The notes: generated by a model from the letters alone, not told the origin. A stretch of 64,000 nt of DNA from Nitrospirota bacterium (GCA_963790205.1 CAWBNQ010000001.1:960001-1024000); one strand, 5' to 3'. Counted from the stretch's first letter, positions 17,976 to 28,008 are shown. A program made the numbers and translations.

Positions 17976-18937
17976 GTTTTCTTTCCCGTCACGATGACGG
18001 TCTCCCCAAGCGCCTTTGTACTGATGGCCTTGAATCCCGCCTTTGCGAGCCATCCTCTCAGCTCCCGGACCGTGTAGGACCGGCCGTCCGCGGTATTGAC
18101 GAGCATATTGACGGAGAAGAGGGCGGCGGGGACAGGATGGGCACGGTCCTTTTCGAGCAGAAACTCATGGATGACGATCCGGCCCTTTGGCCCCAGTGCA
18201 TCGCGCGACTTCTCGATGAGCGCTTGGGCTTCCTCGATCGAGAGGGAATGCACGATCTGGCTGATGAAGACCAGATCGTAGCCGCTCCCGATATCATCAA
18301 TATGAAAATCTCCGGCCGCGAAATTGATATTTTCGATGCTCTGTTCGCTCACGAGCTCTTTCGCAATGACGATTGCTTCCGGAAGGTCGAAGAGGGTGAC
18401 ATCGATCTTTTTTGCGGCAAGCTCCATGCTGTATGTTCCCGGGCCGCCGCCCAGGTCGAGCGCGCGCCCGACGCCTTTGAGGTCGATCGCCGATATGACA
18501 CCTTTTGCCCGGATTACGGCATTGTTATGCATGGCCCTGATAAAAGAGCTGTAATCGCGCCCTCCTGATCGGTTCGGCAAGCCGGTCTGAACGACCTCGT
18601 CCAGCCCGGACCAGCTCTTCCAAAGACTGTCAGCATGGCGCAGCATGTCCCCCTGATACAGGGGGCTGTCCTGTACCAGGAACTTCCGCGCAGTTTCAGT
18701 ATTGCGATATTTGCCGCCTGATTTTTTGAGCAGTCCCACGGAGGTCACGGCATCGAGCAGGATCTCAATGGCCCGCGGGTCAGCGCTTACGGCACGGGCG
18801 ATGTCCCCGGCGGTCTTCGCGGCCTTCAGATGGTCGAAGATCCGGTAATTGTTGGCGGTGAGGACCACGCGGGAAGCCCTGAACCCTCCCCAGAGCCTCG
18901 CAAATTCCTGAAGCTGTTTTACAAGGTTTTTACTCAT
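17972..18937 (-). CDS. SAM-dependent O-methyltransferase with N-terminal dimerisation domain
   Basis: 'LDLGGGPG' motif I, 'FDLPE', 'AGDF'. Confidence 0.9.
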   Translation of the reverse strand: MSKNLVKQLQEFARLWGGFRASRVVLTANNYRIFDHLKAAKTAGDIARAVSADPRAIEILLDAVTSVGLLKKSGGKYRNTETARKFLVQDSPLYQGDMLRHADSLWKSWSGLDEVVQTGLPNRSGGRDYSSFIRAMHNNAVIRAKGVISAIDLKGVGRALDLGGGPGTYSMELAAKKIDVTLFDLPEAIVIAKELVSEQSIENINFAAGDFHIDDIGSGYDLVFISQIVHSLSIEEAQALIEKSRDALGPKGRIVIHEFLLEKDRAHPVPAALFSVNMLVNTADGRSYTVRELRGWLAKAGFKAISTKALGETVIVTGKKT

Positions 18938-19279
18938 AATGTCTTCCTCCTCTTGCTGCACGGGACCAGCTCATCATAGGCAAAAAGACCGCGAAAGTCA
19001 AAACGAATCAGGGTGTGGATGCGGGGAAACGATTCGAGTGCGGAATTCCCAGTCTAAGACATGTACATTTCTGCGGCTTGCCGGCGGACCACGGGTTCCG
19101 TAACTTCGCCGGCCTTTCCAGCTGCAACCTTTGTACCAAAATCGCAGTACGATGCTGACGGGCATCATTGACGCCCGCCCTATTCGGTGCTATTTTTTAA
19201 ATAGGATTTAACTTGTCCCTTTTCGCTGCAACGGATTTCGCCGAAACAGGGCCATGAGAAGGACCGCGGAGGATCTACG

Positions 19280-20059
19280 ATGGCAGGAGCAACGATCTGG
19301 AAAGGGTATATCCATTTTGGGGATACGGACGTGCCGGTGAAGCTGCATTCCGCGGTCAGGGAAGAGCGGGTCCAGTTCCACCTCCTTCACGCGCGCGACC
19401 GGGTGAGACTTCGCCAGCAGATGATCTGTGCATATGAAAAACAACCGGTGCCCGTGGAAGAACAGACCAAAGGGTTTGAAGTGGAGGACGGGAAATATAT
19501 ACTCGTCGATCCGGAGGAGCTCGAACAGACCGTACCTGAAAGCAACCGGGTGATCGAGGTCCATGAATTCGTCAAAACGGAACAGATCGACCCCATCTTC
19601 GTTGATCGCGCCTACTACCTGGAGCCGGACAGTACGAACATTCAGGGAAAAGGATACAGCGCGCTGGCCAGGGCTTTGAAGGATATGGATGTGGAAGGCA
19701 TCTGCACCTGGACCATGAGAAAGCGGTCTTATCTCGGGGCCTTGCAGGCGAGCGGGAAGATCCTTCGCCTGAATACGCTTCGGTATGCCGACGAAGTGGC
19801 CTCGGTGAAATCACTTGGCCTGCAGGACGTTCCCTTGTCGGAAAAAGAACTCACGATCGGGAGTGAATTGATCGAGAAGTTGACCGCTCCTTTCGAGCCG
19901 CGGAAGTTCGAAAACGAACACCAGAAGAAGCTGCAGCAAATGATCGAAATGAAGGCCCGCGGAGAGAACATCGCGGTCCTGGCCCCCAGGCGCCTGAAAC
20001 CCACGGAATCAGACCAGCTGCTTCAGGCCCTTGAAGCGAGCCTGAAGGAAGCCGCGTGA
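19280..20059 (+). CDS. ku: NHEJ Ku protein, copy 1
   Basis: 'IWKGYIHFG..VPVKLHSA', 'IDPIFVDRAYYLEP', 'LLQALEASL'. Confidence 0.92.
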   Translation: MAGATIWKGYIHFGDTDVPVKLHSAVREERVQFHLLHARDRVRLRQQMICAYEKQPVPVEEQTKGFEVEDGKYILVDPEELEQTVPESNRVIEVHEFVKTEQIDPIFVDRAYYLEPDSTNIQGKGYSALARALKDMDVEGICTWTMRKRSYLGALQASGKILRLNTLRYADEVASVKSLGLQDVPLSEKELTIGSELIEKLTAPFEPRKFENEHQKKLQQMIEMKARGENIAVLAPRRLKPTESDQLLQALEASLKEAA

Positions 20060-20098
20060 GGACACAATCTTCAGCTTTCTGATTTTTGGAGAAACAAC

Positions 20099-20884
20099 AT
20101 GGCAGTTCAGGGAATATGGAGCGGGACGATCAGTTTCAGCCTGGTGGCGATACCGGTACGGTTGGTCACGGCAGTCAAGCCGGGCCGCGTCTCTTTTCAC
20201 CTGCTCCACAGCAAGGATTACTCCCGCCTCGCGCGAAGACTGTTCTGTCCGGAAGAAAAAACCATGGTCGCCCCGGATGAGATCGTCAGGGGATACGAGA
20301 TCGTACCGGACAAATACGCTCTGATGACGGACGAGGAACTCGAATCCCTGTCCCCGGAGCGAAGCCGTACGATCGAGATCCTCGAGTTCATCGATATAAA
20401 GGAAGTGGACCCGATCTATTATGATCACCCCTATTATCTCGTTCCTTCGAAAGGGGGCGAAAAAGCGTATCAACTGCTGGTCGAGGTGATGCGCCGGACG
20501 AACAAGGCCGGGCTCGCGAAATTTGTGCTGGCCGAACGTGAGTATCTGGTGGCGATCAAAAGCAGGGAGGGAGCGCTGGAGCTGGTCACACTTCATTACA
20601 GCGACGAAATCCTCCCCGATGAGGACATCTCACCGAAGAAAGGAAAGATTGGGGCCGAAGAGGAAGTCCGGATGAAAAAAAGCATCGAGCGGATGATCGA
20701 AGACTTTGATCCGGGAAAGTACGCGGACGAGCGCCGGAGAAAGCTCATGGATCTCCTGGCCGCGAAGGTGAAAGAAAAAGCCTTGGTGGAGGCCCCCGCA
20801 CGAGAGGAGGCAGAGGGAGAAGGTCCGGCCGATCTGGTCGCCGCGCTGGAGGAGAGCATGAGGAAAGTAAAGGAGGGCCGGTGA
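20099..20884 (+). CDS. ku: NHEJ Ku protein, copy 2
   Basis: 'IWSGTISFSLVAIPVRL', 'VDPIYYDHPYYLVP', 'DLVAALEESM'. Confidence 0.93.
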   Translation: MAVQGIWSGTISFSLVAIPVRLVTAVKPGRVSFHLLHSKDYSRLARRLFCPEEKTMVAPDEIVRGYEIVPDKYALMTDEELESLSPERSRTIEILEFIDIKEVDPIYYDHPYYLVPSKGGEKAYQLLVEVMRRTNKAGLAKFVLAEREYLVAIKSREGALELVTLHYSDEILPDEDISPKKGKIGAEEEVRMKKSIERMIEDFDPGKYADERRRKLMDLLAAKVKEKALVEAPAREEAEGEGPADLVAALEESMRKVKEGR

Positions 20885-21786
20885 GCAGAACCTACGTCGA
20901 TATGGCCGAGAGAAGACTTTCGTTATCGAACCTTGAAAAGGATCTCTATCCCTCTTATGGTTTCACGAAGGCCAATATCCTGGAATACTACCGCGGGATC
21001 GCACCATTCATCCTGCCCCATTTGAAAGATAGGGCACTCACCTTGAAGCGCTATCCCGAAGGAGTGGAAAGGGATTTCTTTTTCGAGAAGCGATGCCCTT
21101 CTCACCGCCCGGAGTGGGTGAAAACAGCGGAAGTCTCCCAAGACGGCGGAGAGCCGATGACATTCTGCCTGGTCAACGATCTGGAAACACTGATATGGGT
21201 GGAGAACCTTGCATCTCTTGAACTTCATGTGCCCCTGGCCAGGGCCGGATTTTCTCAGACGCCCGATTCCATGGTCTTCGACCTGGATCCCGGCGATCCT
21301 GCAAATATTCTCGATTGTAGCCGGGTGGCGCTGATCCTTCGGGACCTGCTCTCCCGGATGGGGCTTATGAGCTACGTAAAAACCTCGGGTCAAAAAGGGC
21401 TTCATGTGTTTGTTCCTTTGAACCGCAAGGAGACGACCTTTGAGGATACCAAGACATTTTCGAAAGCCGTGGCAGAGATCATGCAAAAGCATTATCCGGA
21501 CCTGGTGACTTCGAGAATGGCAAAGCAAGAGCGGAAGGCAAAAGTCTTTATCAACTGGTCCCAGAACGACGCTTCGAAGACAATGATCTGCGTTTATTCC
21601 CTGCGCGCCCGGGAAAAACCGTTTGTTTCATTTCCGCTCGAATGGAGGGAAATGGAGAATCTGGCCGGGCTTGGCGACCCGGAAAAGATGCAGGTCCTGC
21701 ATTCGGAGGCTGTGAGGAGAATAGAAATACAAGGCGATCTCTTTCGAGAGGTACTCGTGAAGGAACAGAAGCTGCCGCATCTATAA
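20881..21786 (+). CDS. LigD primase-polymerase (POL) domain, stand-alone
   Basis: 'LSNLEKDLYP', 'RYPEGV', 'VFDLDPG', 'KTSGQKGLHV', 'YSLRAR'. Confidence 0.92.
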   Translation: MSRTYVDMAERRLSLSNLEKDLYPSYGFTKANILEYYRGIAPFILPHLKDRALTLKRYPEGVERDFFFEKRCPSHRPEWVKTAEVSQDGGEPMTFCLVNDLETLIWVENLASLELHVPLARAGFSQTPDSMVFDLDPGDPANILDCSRVALILRDLLSRMGLMSYVKTSGQKGLHVFVPLNRKETTFEDTKTFSKAVAEIMQKHYPDLVTSRMAKQERKAKVFINWSQNDASKTMICVYSLRAREKPFVSFPLEWREMENLAGLGDPEKMQVLHSEAVRRIEIQGDLFREVLVKEQKLPHL

Positions 21787-21928
21787 ACGTGACAAGAACC
21801 GAAAGGCGTCTCTCGCGGAGCACGGGAAGTACGCAGAGTTAAATTAAGACATTTGAGGCTTGGTTTCAACTCAGAATAGTTATTGAGTTTCTCTCTGCGC
21901 CACTGCGAGAAAAATTGCGTGTAATGCT

Positions 21929-23527
21929 ATGGGACTAAAAGAATACGCAGCAAAGCGGAAATTCGAGAAAACGCCGGAACCGACACCGGAGCTTCGCAGG
22001 CATGAGAACGGTCTCCTGTTTGTCATTCATAAGCACGCGGCCCGGGCACTTCATTACGATCTCAGGCTGGAGTTGGAGGGCGTGCTCAAAAGTTGGGCCG
22101 TGCCGAGGGGGCCCACGCTGGACCCTTCTGTGAAAAGGCTGGCCGTCATGGTCGAAGACCACCCCTTTGATTACAAGGATTTCGAGGGCGTTATCCCGGA
22201 GCACAATTACGGCGCAGGAAGCGTCATCATTTGGGACAAGGGTTTTTATCACCACCCTTCCGCAAAAGACAAAGAGGTCAGCGAGAAACTCCTTCTGGAG
22301 GGATTAAAAAAAGGAGACCTGAAATTCATACTCGATGGAGAAAAACTCCATGGTGAATTCGCGCTGGTAAGGATGGGAACGGACGGGAAGTCGTGGCTTC
22401 TCTTGAAGAAAAAAGACCGGAATGCTGCCAAAGAAGATATTCTCAAGGAGAACCGCTCCGTCGTGTCTTATAAGACGCTGGAGGAGATGCTCGAGACCAA
22501 CACGGCGAAATCTTTCCGGCAAAAGAAATCAAACCAGATCCGTGTTCACGAAGCGCTGGAAAGCGAAGACTTGAAGGATGCGCGCGTTATACCGATGCCC
22601 AGGGCCGTACAGCCGATGCTCGCGACCGTGGTCAAGGAGCCCTTTGATCATCCCGATTGGATCTTCGAGGTGAAATGGGACGGTTACCGGGCCGTTGCCG
22701 AGGTCCGGGACCGCGGGGTTTCGCTTTATTCCAGGAACCTGATCTCATTCAATAAAAAGTTTTCTCCTGTTGTGGACGCGCTTCGCAAATTCGAATTCGA
22801 CGCTGTCCTGGACGGCGAAATAGTTGTCGTGGATGATCAGGGACGCCCTGATTTCCAGATGCTGCAGCATTACCAGGCCGCGGGAAGCGGTCATTTGCTC
22901 TATTACGTGTTCGACCTCCTCTACTTCCGGGGACATGATCTGACAGGCCTGCCCCTCCTCAGGAGGAAAGAACTCTTAAAAAAAATCCTCCCCTCTTCCC
23001 CGAGAATAAAGTTCAGCGATCACGTAGTGCAGGAGGGCGTCTTGTTCTACAACGTCGTCAAAGAAAAGGGATTGGAAGGGATCATTGCAAAACATTCCCA
23101 AAGCGTATACGAAACGGGCAAAAGGAGCCGGCAGTGGCTGAAAGTGAAGACCCTGCTCACGCAGGAGGCCGTGATCGCGGGATTCACGGAACCGGGAGGA
23201 GACAGAAAATATTTCGGCGCCCTTGTACTTGGTGTGTTCGAAGGGGAACAGTTGATGTACATCGGCCATGTGGGGGGCGGATTCGCGGAGAAAGATCTGA
23301 AGGATATCCGCGAAAGAGCGGAGTCCCTGGTCCAGAAAGAATGCCCCTTTAAAGTGCAACCGGAGACCAATGCCCCTGTCACCTGGGTCAAGCCGGAGCT
23401 GGTCTGCGAGGTCAGCTTAGCCGGCTGGACCGACGAAAACGTCATGAGGCAGCCCGTGTTCTTGCGGCTGCGCGATGACAAAACCGCCCGCGAAGTGGTG
23501 CGCGAAAAGGTCGAGGAAGAGAGCTAA
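21929..23527 (+). CDS. ligD: LigD phosphoesterase-ligase (PE-LIG) fusion
   Basis: PE 'FVIHKHAARALHYDLRLE', 'SWAVPRGP'; ligase 'EVKWDGYRA', 'EGIIAK', 'WLKVK'; OB fold 'MRQPVFLRLRDDK'. Confidence 0.93.
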   Translation: MGLKEYAAKRKFEKTPEPTPELRRHENGLLFVIHKHAARALHYDLRLELEGVLKSWAVPRGPTLDPSVKRLAVMVEDHPFDYKDFEGVIPEHNYGAGSVIIWDKGFYHHPSAKDKEVSEKLLLEGLKKGDLKFILDGEKLHGEFALVRMGTDGKSWLLLKKKDRNAAKEDILKENRSVVSYKTLEEMLETNTAKSFRQKKSNQIRVHEALESEDLKDARVIPMPRAVQPMLATVVKEPFDHPDWIFEVKWDGYRAVAEVRDRGVSLYSRNLISFNKKFSPVVDALRKFEFDAVLDGEIVVVDDQGRPDFQMLQHYQAAGSGHLLYYVFDLLYFRGHDLTGLPLLRRKELLKKILPSSPRIKFSDHVVQEGVLFYNVVKEKGLEGIIAKHSQSVYETGKRSRQWLKVKTLLTQEAVIAGFTEPGGDRKYFGALVLGVFEGEQLMYIGHVGGGFAEKDLKDIRERAESLVQKECPFKVQPETNAPVTWVKPELVCEVSLAGWTDENVMRQPVFLRLRDDKTAREVVREKVEEES

Positions 23528-23727
23528 TGATACCTGAATCATGCAATCAACCCCAACAGTCCATAACCACAGGGGGCGCTGAGAAATTGTGAGAGTAAAT
23601 TCTGTGTTTCCCAGATAAGACTCTGCATTCTCTCTGGTTCAAGTTGAGATAACAGATTTAACTCTGAGTCCTCTGCGGTTAGACGTTGTTAGGTGATAAA
23701 GAAAACAAAGAACGGCGGTGATGGATT

Positions 23728-24480
23728 ATGAAGATACATGTCGGTACAAGCGGCTTTGCCCATAAAGAATGGAAGGGAAAATTCTATCCTGAAAAGATCC
23801 CGCCCAAGGACATGCTTCGCTTCTATGCCGAACGCCTCAACACAGTAGAGATCAATAATACCTTTTATCACATGCCCAAAGAGAGCGTGCTCTTGTCCTG
23901 GGCGGGACAGGTCCCTGATGATTTTATTTTCGCGCTCAAGGCGCCCCAGGTCATAACGCATATGAAGCAGCTCCGAAACGTGTTCGAGGAGACCGAGTAT
24001 CTCTTCAAATCGCTGTCGGCCCTGGACGGAAAACTGGGGCCGGTCCTTTTTCAGTTTCCCAAGAGTTTTCGTGCGAACATGCCCGCGCTGGAGGATTTTC
24101 TCCCTCTGATCCCCGGCGATGTGGCCTGTACGTTCGATTTTCGCAGCCCGACCTGGCTCGAGGGCGGCGTTCCGGACCTCCTTCGTAAAAAGGGATGCAG
24201 CTGGTGTATCGAGGATACTGACGAGAGCCCGACACAGGAGATCATCAGTACAGCTCCATGGGGGTACCTGCGCTTGCGCCGTTCCGATTACGCGGATGCC
24301 GATTTGTCACAATGGGCGGAAAGGATCCTTTCGCAAAAATGGGAGAGGGCCTTCGTTTTCTTTAAACATGAGGACGAGGCCAGAGGGGCTGAACTGGCGA
24401 TGCGTTTTCAGGAGCTCGTCGGTTCAAGATTCAATGGAGGGGAAATCAAGACTGGAAGGACAAGTAGTAAAGCCCGTTAG
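23728..24480 (+). CDS. DUF72 (YecE-like) protein
   Basis: 'VGTSGF', 'TVEINNTFY', 'FALKAPQVITH', 'GPVLFQFP', 'YLRLR'. Confidence 0.9.
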   Translation: MKIHVGTSGFAHKEWKGKFYPEKIPPKDMLRFYAERLNTVEINNTFYHMPKESVLLSWAGQVPDDFIFALKAPQVITHMKQLRNVFEETEYLFKSLSALDGKLGPVLFQFPKSFRANMPALEDFLPLIPGDVACTFDFRSPTWLEGGVPDLLRKKGCSWCIEDTDESPTQEIISTAPWGYLRLRRSDYADADLSQWAERILSQKWERAFVFFKHEDEARGAELAMRFQELVGSRFNGGEIKTGRTSSKAR

Positions 24481-24497
24481 GAAGGAAGTGATCGATT

Positions 24498-24677
24498 ATG
24501 AGACCTGTAGATATACTGGAATGGACCATGGGGTGGGCATGGCCTATTATGAGTGGCATCGTGGTCCTGATGGCCTGGGGCGTAGAGCGGATCATGACCT
24601 GGGATAAGCAGGAGGTGTCCGGGGAACAGTCAGCCGGTCCGATTCCGGGCAAACACTGTGTTTGTCGGTGCGACTGA
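24498..24677 (+). CDS. 59-aa Trp-rich small membrane protein with Cys-rich end
   Basis: MRPVDILEWTMGWAWPIMSGIVVLMAWGVERIMTWDKQEVSGEQSAGPIPGKHCVCRCD; AAGGAAG upstream. Confidence 0.45.
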   Translation: MRPVDILEWTMGWAWPIMSGIVVLMAWGVERIMTWDKQEVSGEQSAGPIPGKHCVCRCD

Positions 24678-24700
24678 CCGTGCGCCTATCGTAGGATCGA

Positions 24701-25747
24701 TCATTCCGGCGTCCCGGCCTCGGAAGGCATAACGGTGATTTCGATACGTTCCTGCACGCGGAGCACGGACACTTTGACCGGCTTGCCGATGGGCCAGTCT
24801 GCAAGAAATTTCTGGAGCAGGTCCACCGTCGTGATATCGGTCCCGTTCATGGCCACGATAAGGTCGCCTTTCCGTATTCCACTCTGCGCGGCCGGGCTGC
24901 CTCGCGTCACCGAGAGGACTTCCACGGAAGACGACTGCGTCAAGTTAAAAAAGCGGACTGTCCTCCGGCTGAGGGGACGCTGTTGCGCGGCAATGCCCAA
25001 ATATCCGCGGCGCATCCTTCCGAGCGTGAGAAGCTGGGACACGACCCATTTTGCAGTATCGGAGGGGATGGAGAAGCCGATGCCCTGTGCGCCCATGATG
25101 ATCGCCGTGTTCAGTCCCACGATCCTGCCCCGCGAATCCACCAGCGGGCCTCCTGAATTACCCGGATTGAGCGGAGCGGTATGCTGGATGATGTTCTCGA
25201 TGAGCCGTCCTTCCCTGCTCCGCAGCGCCCTGCCGAGAGCGCTCACCACGCCGGTAGATACGGTGGACTGGAACCCGAAGGGATTGCCGATGGCGATCAC
25301 GAGTTGCCCGGCGCGAAGTGATGCGGATTCGCCAAGTGTTGCAAAGGGCAGGTTGGCCGAGTCGGCGCGGATCACGGCAAGATCGGTGGCGGGGTCCGTA
25401 CCCACGATGGCCGCCGCGTGCGTCGTTCCGTTCGTCAGCGACACGGCCAGCGATTTCGAGCCGTGCACGACATGATCGTTCGTCAGGACATACCCGTCCG
25501 GCGCGATGATGACGCCCGATCCGGCACCGCCTGCATAGGGTTCAGCGTTATTCGACCGCGTTCCGGTTGAGATGCTCACGACAGCAGGACCAACAGCATC
25601 CACCACGGTTATGACCGCCCGGGAGTAGGCATCCAGGAGCTCAACTTCGGATTTCTCGGCACTGCCCATTTCGCAGGGACGGGGGGGATTTTGTCCCCCG
25701 CTTGCGTTATTGATCAGCTTGAGCGTTCTTTGGGTCACGTCGTCCAT
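24701..25747 (-). CDS. HtrA/DegP-like trypsin serine protease with one PDZ domain
   Basis: Triad motifs 'TNDHVV', 'TDLAVI', 'GNSGGPL'; PDZ 'SPAAQSGIRKGDLI'; start uncertain. Confidence 0.9.
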   Translation of the reverse strand: MDDVTQRTLKLINNASGGQNPPRPCEMGSAEKSEVELLDAYSRAVITVVDAVGPAVVSISTGTRSNNAEPYAGGAGSGVIIAPDGYVLTNDHVVHGSKSLAVSLTNGTTHAAAIVGTDPATDLAVIRADSANLPFATLGESASLRAGQLVIAIGNPFGFQSTVSTGVVSALGRALRSREGRLIENIIQHTAPLNPGNSGGPLVDSRGRIVGLNTAIIMGAQGIGFSIPSDTAKWVVSQLLTLGRMRRGYLGIAAQQRPLSRRTVRFFNLTQSSSVEVLSVTRGSPAAQSGIRKGDLIVAMNGTDITTVDLLQKFLADWPIGKPVKVSVLRVQERIEITVMPSEAGTPE

Positions 25748-26001
25748 ATCCGTGAGTTCCTTCGATGACGAAACAGCCGATTCGCCTCTCAATAAACTCT
25801 ACCACAATCTCCCCGCGAAGTCCAAGGCACACCAAGTCATGCGAGGGTCATGTCATTACGGGTTGTTGAAAGCGTTTAAAGGTTCTGTGCGGGCAAAGCG
25901 AAGCAATCCTGTTTTTCAACAAAAAAGCAAGAACTGATGGGACAAGGCTTCGAAGTGGTCGTAGGACAAAGGGCGGCAAGCGCCCGGAAGAGGGTAACCT
26001 C

Positions 26002-27921
26002 TTATGCTTTTCCAATTTCCCCGCCGAACAGTTCCGCGACCTTCTTTACCAGAGCAGGCAGCGACGGGTCCCGCGCGCCCATGAGAAGAACGCAGTCCCC
26101 CGTGTTCGCACCGGCTTTTAATTTGGCCAATAGCTCATCGCGATCGCTGAGCGCTTGTGCTGTGAAAGCTACAGGACCGAGGCCATTGATGATGTCGTTC
26201 GAGGATATGTTCTTTTGCGCAGTTCCGCCGGCATAATAGATCGGCAAAAGATAAAGTAAGTCGTTGTTCCGGAAGATCGTCCGAAAGGTCGCGATGTATT
26301 CATCTCTGAGGAACCGGGTCGGGCCGAAGCCATGCGGCTGGTATACGGCAATAATGCGGCCGGACAGGCCCCGCGCTGCGCGAACAACAGCCGCTATCTT
26401 TGCCGGATTATGAGCGAAGTCATCGACCACGTGCACATTCCGGTTCGTCCGTGTTACAGAAAAACGCCGGGCCACCCCCTCATAATTCCTTACCGCTTCG
26501 GCAAGCGGCACCGGCTCGCATCCGAAATGCTCGCAAACGCAGAGCGCTGCGCACAAATTTTCAAGATTGTGTTCCCCCGGAAGGGGCAGATGATATTCCG
26601 TGCCTCCGCGAACAAGCTTGACCGAAGCCGGCAGGAGCTCTGCACGATCCGGCCGCCACGAGCCCGAACCATTCCGTCCGAAGCGCACGCTCGCAGGAAG
26701 GGAAGCAAGGACCGGGTCGTCGGCATTGGAAGCCGTCCAGGGAGATCGGGTGGCCAGTGTTTCGAAAAGCGTTTTTATCTCGTCAATGGTTTTGTGGTCC
26801 TTGGAAATGTTCAGGATGACCGCGGCCTCGGGACGGTATTTGACAAGCGTTCCGTCGCTTTCGTCCGCCTCCACGACCAGGAGCTCGGAGCCGCCGCTGT
26901 AGGCGTTGCCGATAAGCCCTTCCTTTTCGAGCCTGCGGAGCCCGGCGCCGCTTATGAGAGAGGGCGATTTTCCGCAGGCGGTCAGAAATTCGAATATCAT
27001 CGCGGTCACCGTGGACTTTCCGCTGGTGCCGGCCACGGCGATCGTCCTTTTCATGGCGATGAGAACGGCGAGCAGATCGGAGCGATGGATGATGGGGATG
27101 CCCCGCTCGCGCGCGGCAGCGATGTCGGGATTCGAGTCTTCTATTGCGGTCGAGACGCAGACGATGTCGGTATCCGCGCTGATTCCGGAACCGTCCTGCT
27201 GGGCAATGGCGCACCAGAGCCCTTCAAGCGATCTCCGGATAACTGCCGTATCATCGCTCGCATGAAAGCGATCGGAGCCCGAGACCGTGATCCCCTGAAA
27301 GCGCAGGTACTGCGCCAGCGCGCTCATGCCGCTGCCGAAGATCCCGGTAAAATGGACGCTGCGGCATTTATTCTCGTTGATGACAAGCGGCGGAGGGTCG
27401 ATGTACACGAGCGTGCCTTCCTTGACCGTTTCGAACAAACGAATGACGTCGTGATTGCGCATGCACACGCACCCGTGCGAAAGGGGAGTGCCGATGAGGT
27501 CCTCCCGGCCGGTGCCGTGGATATAGATGTAGCGCTCGTAGGAATCCACGCCCGCGCCCTTGTTGATCCCTTCCTCAAGGCCTTCGAGCCGCAGGATGCG
27601 GGTCAGGATCAGATTGTCCCCGGTCTGGCTGTGATCCCAGTGCTCTCCCGTGTCCTCGCGGTCCCTGAAAACGCGTCCCGGGGGCGCGCCGGCCCCGAAC
27701 TTCTCCTTGATCCGGTGAACACCGAGCGGCGTTTTGAGCGAGTTCTCCCGGTTGCCGGTGCCGTAACGGGACGTGGAGGCGTTGTATCGCTCGACGATCG
27801 TATTGTTTCTGCAGACGAGGAGCGTTTGCGTCTCTATGGACACTACGAGATAACGCTCTCCCGGGTCGGGCAGATGCTTCTTGAGGATCTCGTAAATACG
27901 ATGCAAGCGAGGAGTTGTCAT
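26002..27921 (-). CDS. Fusion of L,D-transpeptidase (YkuD) and MurC/Mpl-like Mur ligase
   Basis: N-terminal 'TPLGVHRI...YIHGT...SHGCVCM'; C-terminal 'GIFGSGMSALA', 'AGTSGKST', 'EADESDG', 'DDFAHNP'. Confidence 0.85.
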   Translation of the reverse strand: MTTPRLHRIYEILKKHLPDPGERYLVVSIETQTLLVCRNNTIVERYNASTSRYGTGNRENSLKTPLGVHRIKEKFGAGAPPGRVFRDREDTGEHWDHSQTGDNLILTRILRLEGLEEGINKGAGVDSYERYIYIHGTGREDLIGTPLSHGCVCMRNHDVIRLFETVKEGTLVYIDPPPLVINENKCRSVHFTGIFGSGMSALAQYLRFQGITVSGSDRFHASDDTAVIRRSLEGLWCAIAQQDGSGISADTDIVCVSTAIEDSNPDIAAARERGIPIIHRSDLLAVLIAMKRTIAVAGTSGKSTVTAMIFEFLTACGKSPSLISGAGLRRLEKEGLIGNAYSGGSELLVVEADESDGTLVKYRPEAAVILNISKDHKTIDEIKTLFETLATRSPWTASNADDPVLASLPASVRFGRNGSGSWRPDRAELLPASVKLVRGGTEYHLPLPGEHNLENLCAALCVCEHFGCEPVPLAEAVRNYEGVARRFSVTRTNRNVHVVDDFAHNPAKIAAVVRAARGLSGRIIAVYQPHGFGPTRFLRDEYIATFRTIFRNNDLLYLLPIYYAGGTAQKNISSNDIINGLGPVAFTAQALSDRDELLAKLKAGANTGDCVLLMGARDPSLPALVKKVAELFGGEIGKA

Positions 27922-28008
27922 ATGCCATTGACATAATAATGGCTGCTTCGGCGCATGTCAAGACGATAGGTGGCATATTTTTTTTAGATGGTGTAAAATG
28001 ATCACGAG

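Noticed and set aside
19060..19140. Possible c-di-GMP-I or SAM riboswitch upstream of the methyltransferase (GAAA-capped stem on the minus strand)
   Set aside because: Conserved GGCAAAC/GACGCAAAG and SAM-I core motifs are absent; needs an Infernal scan
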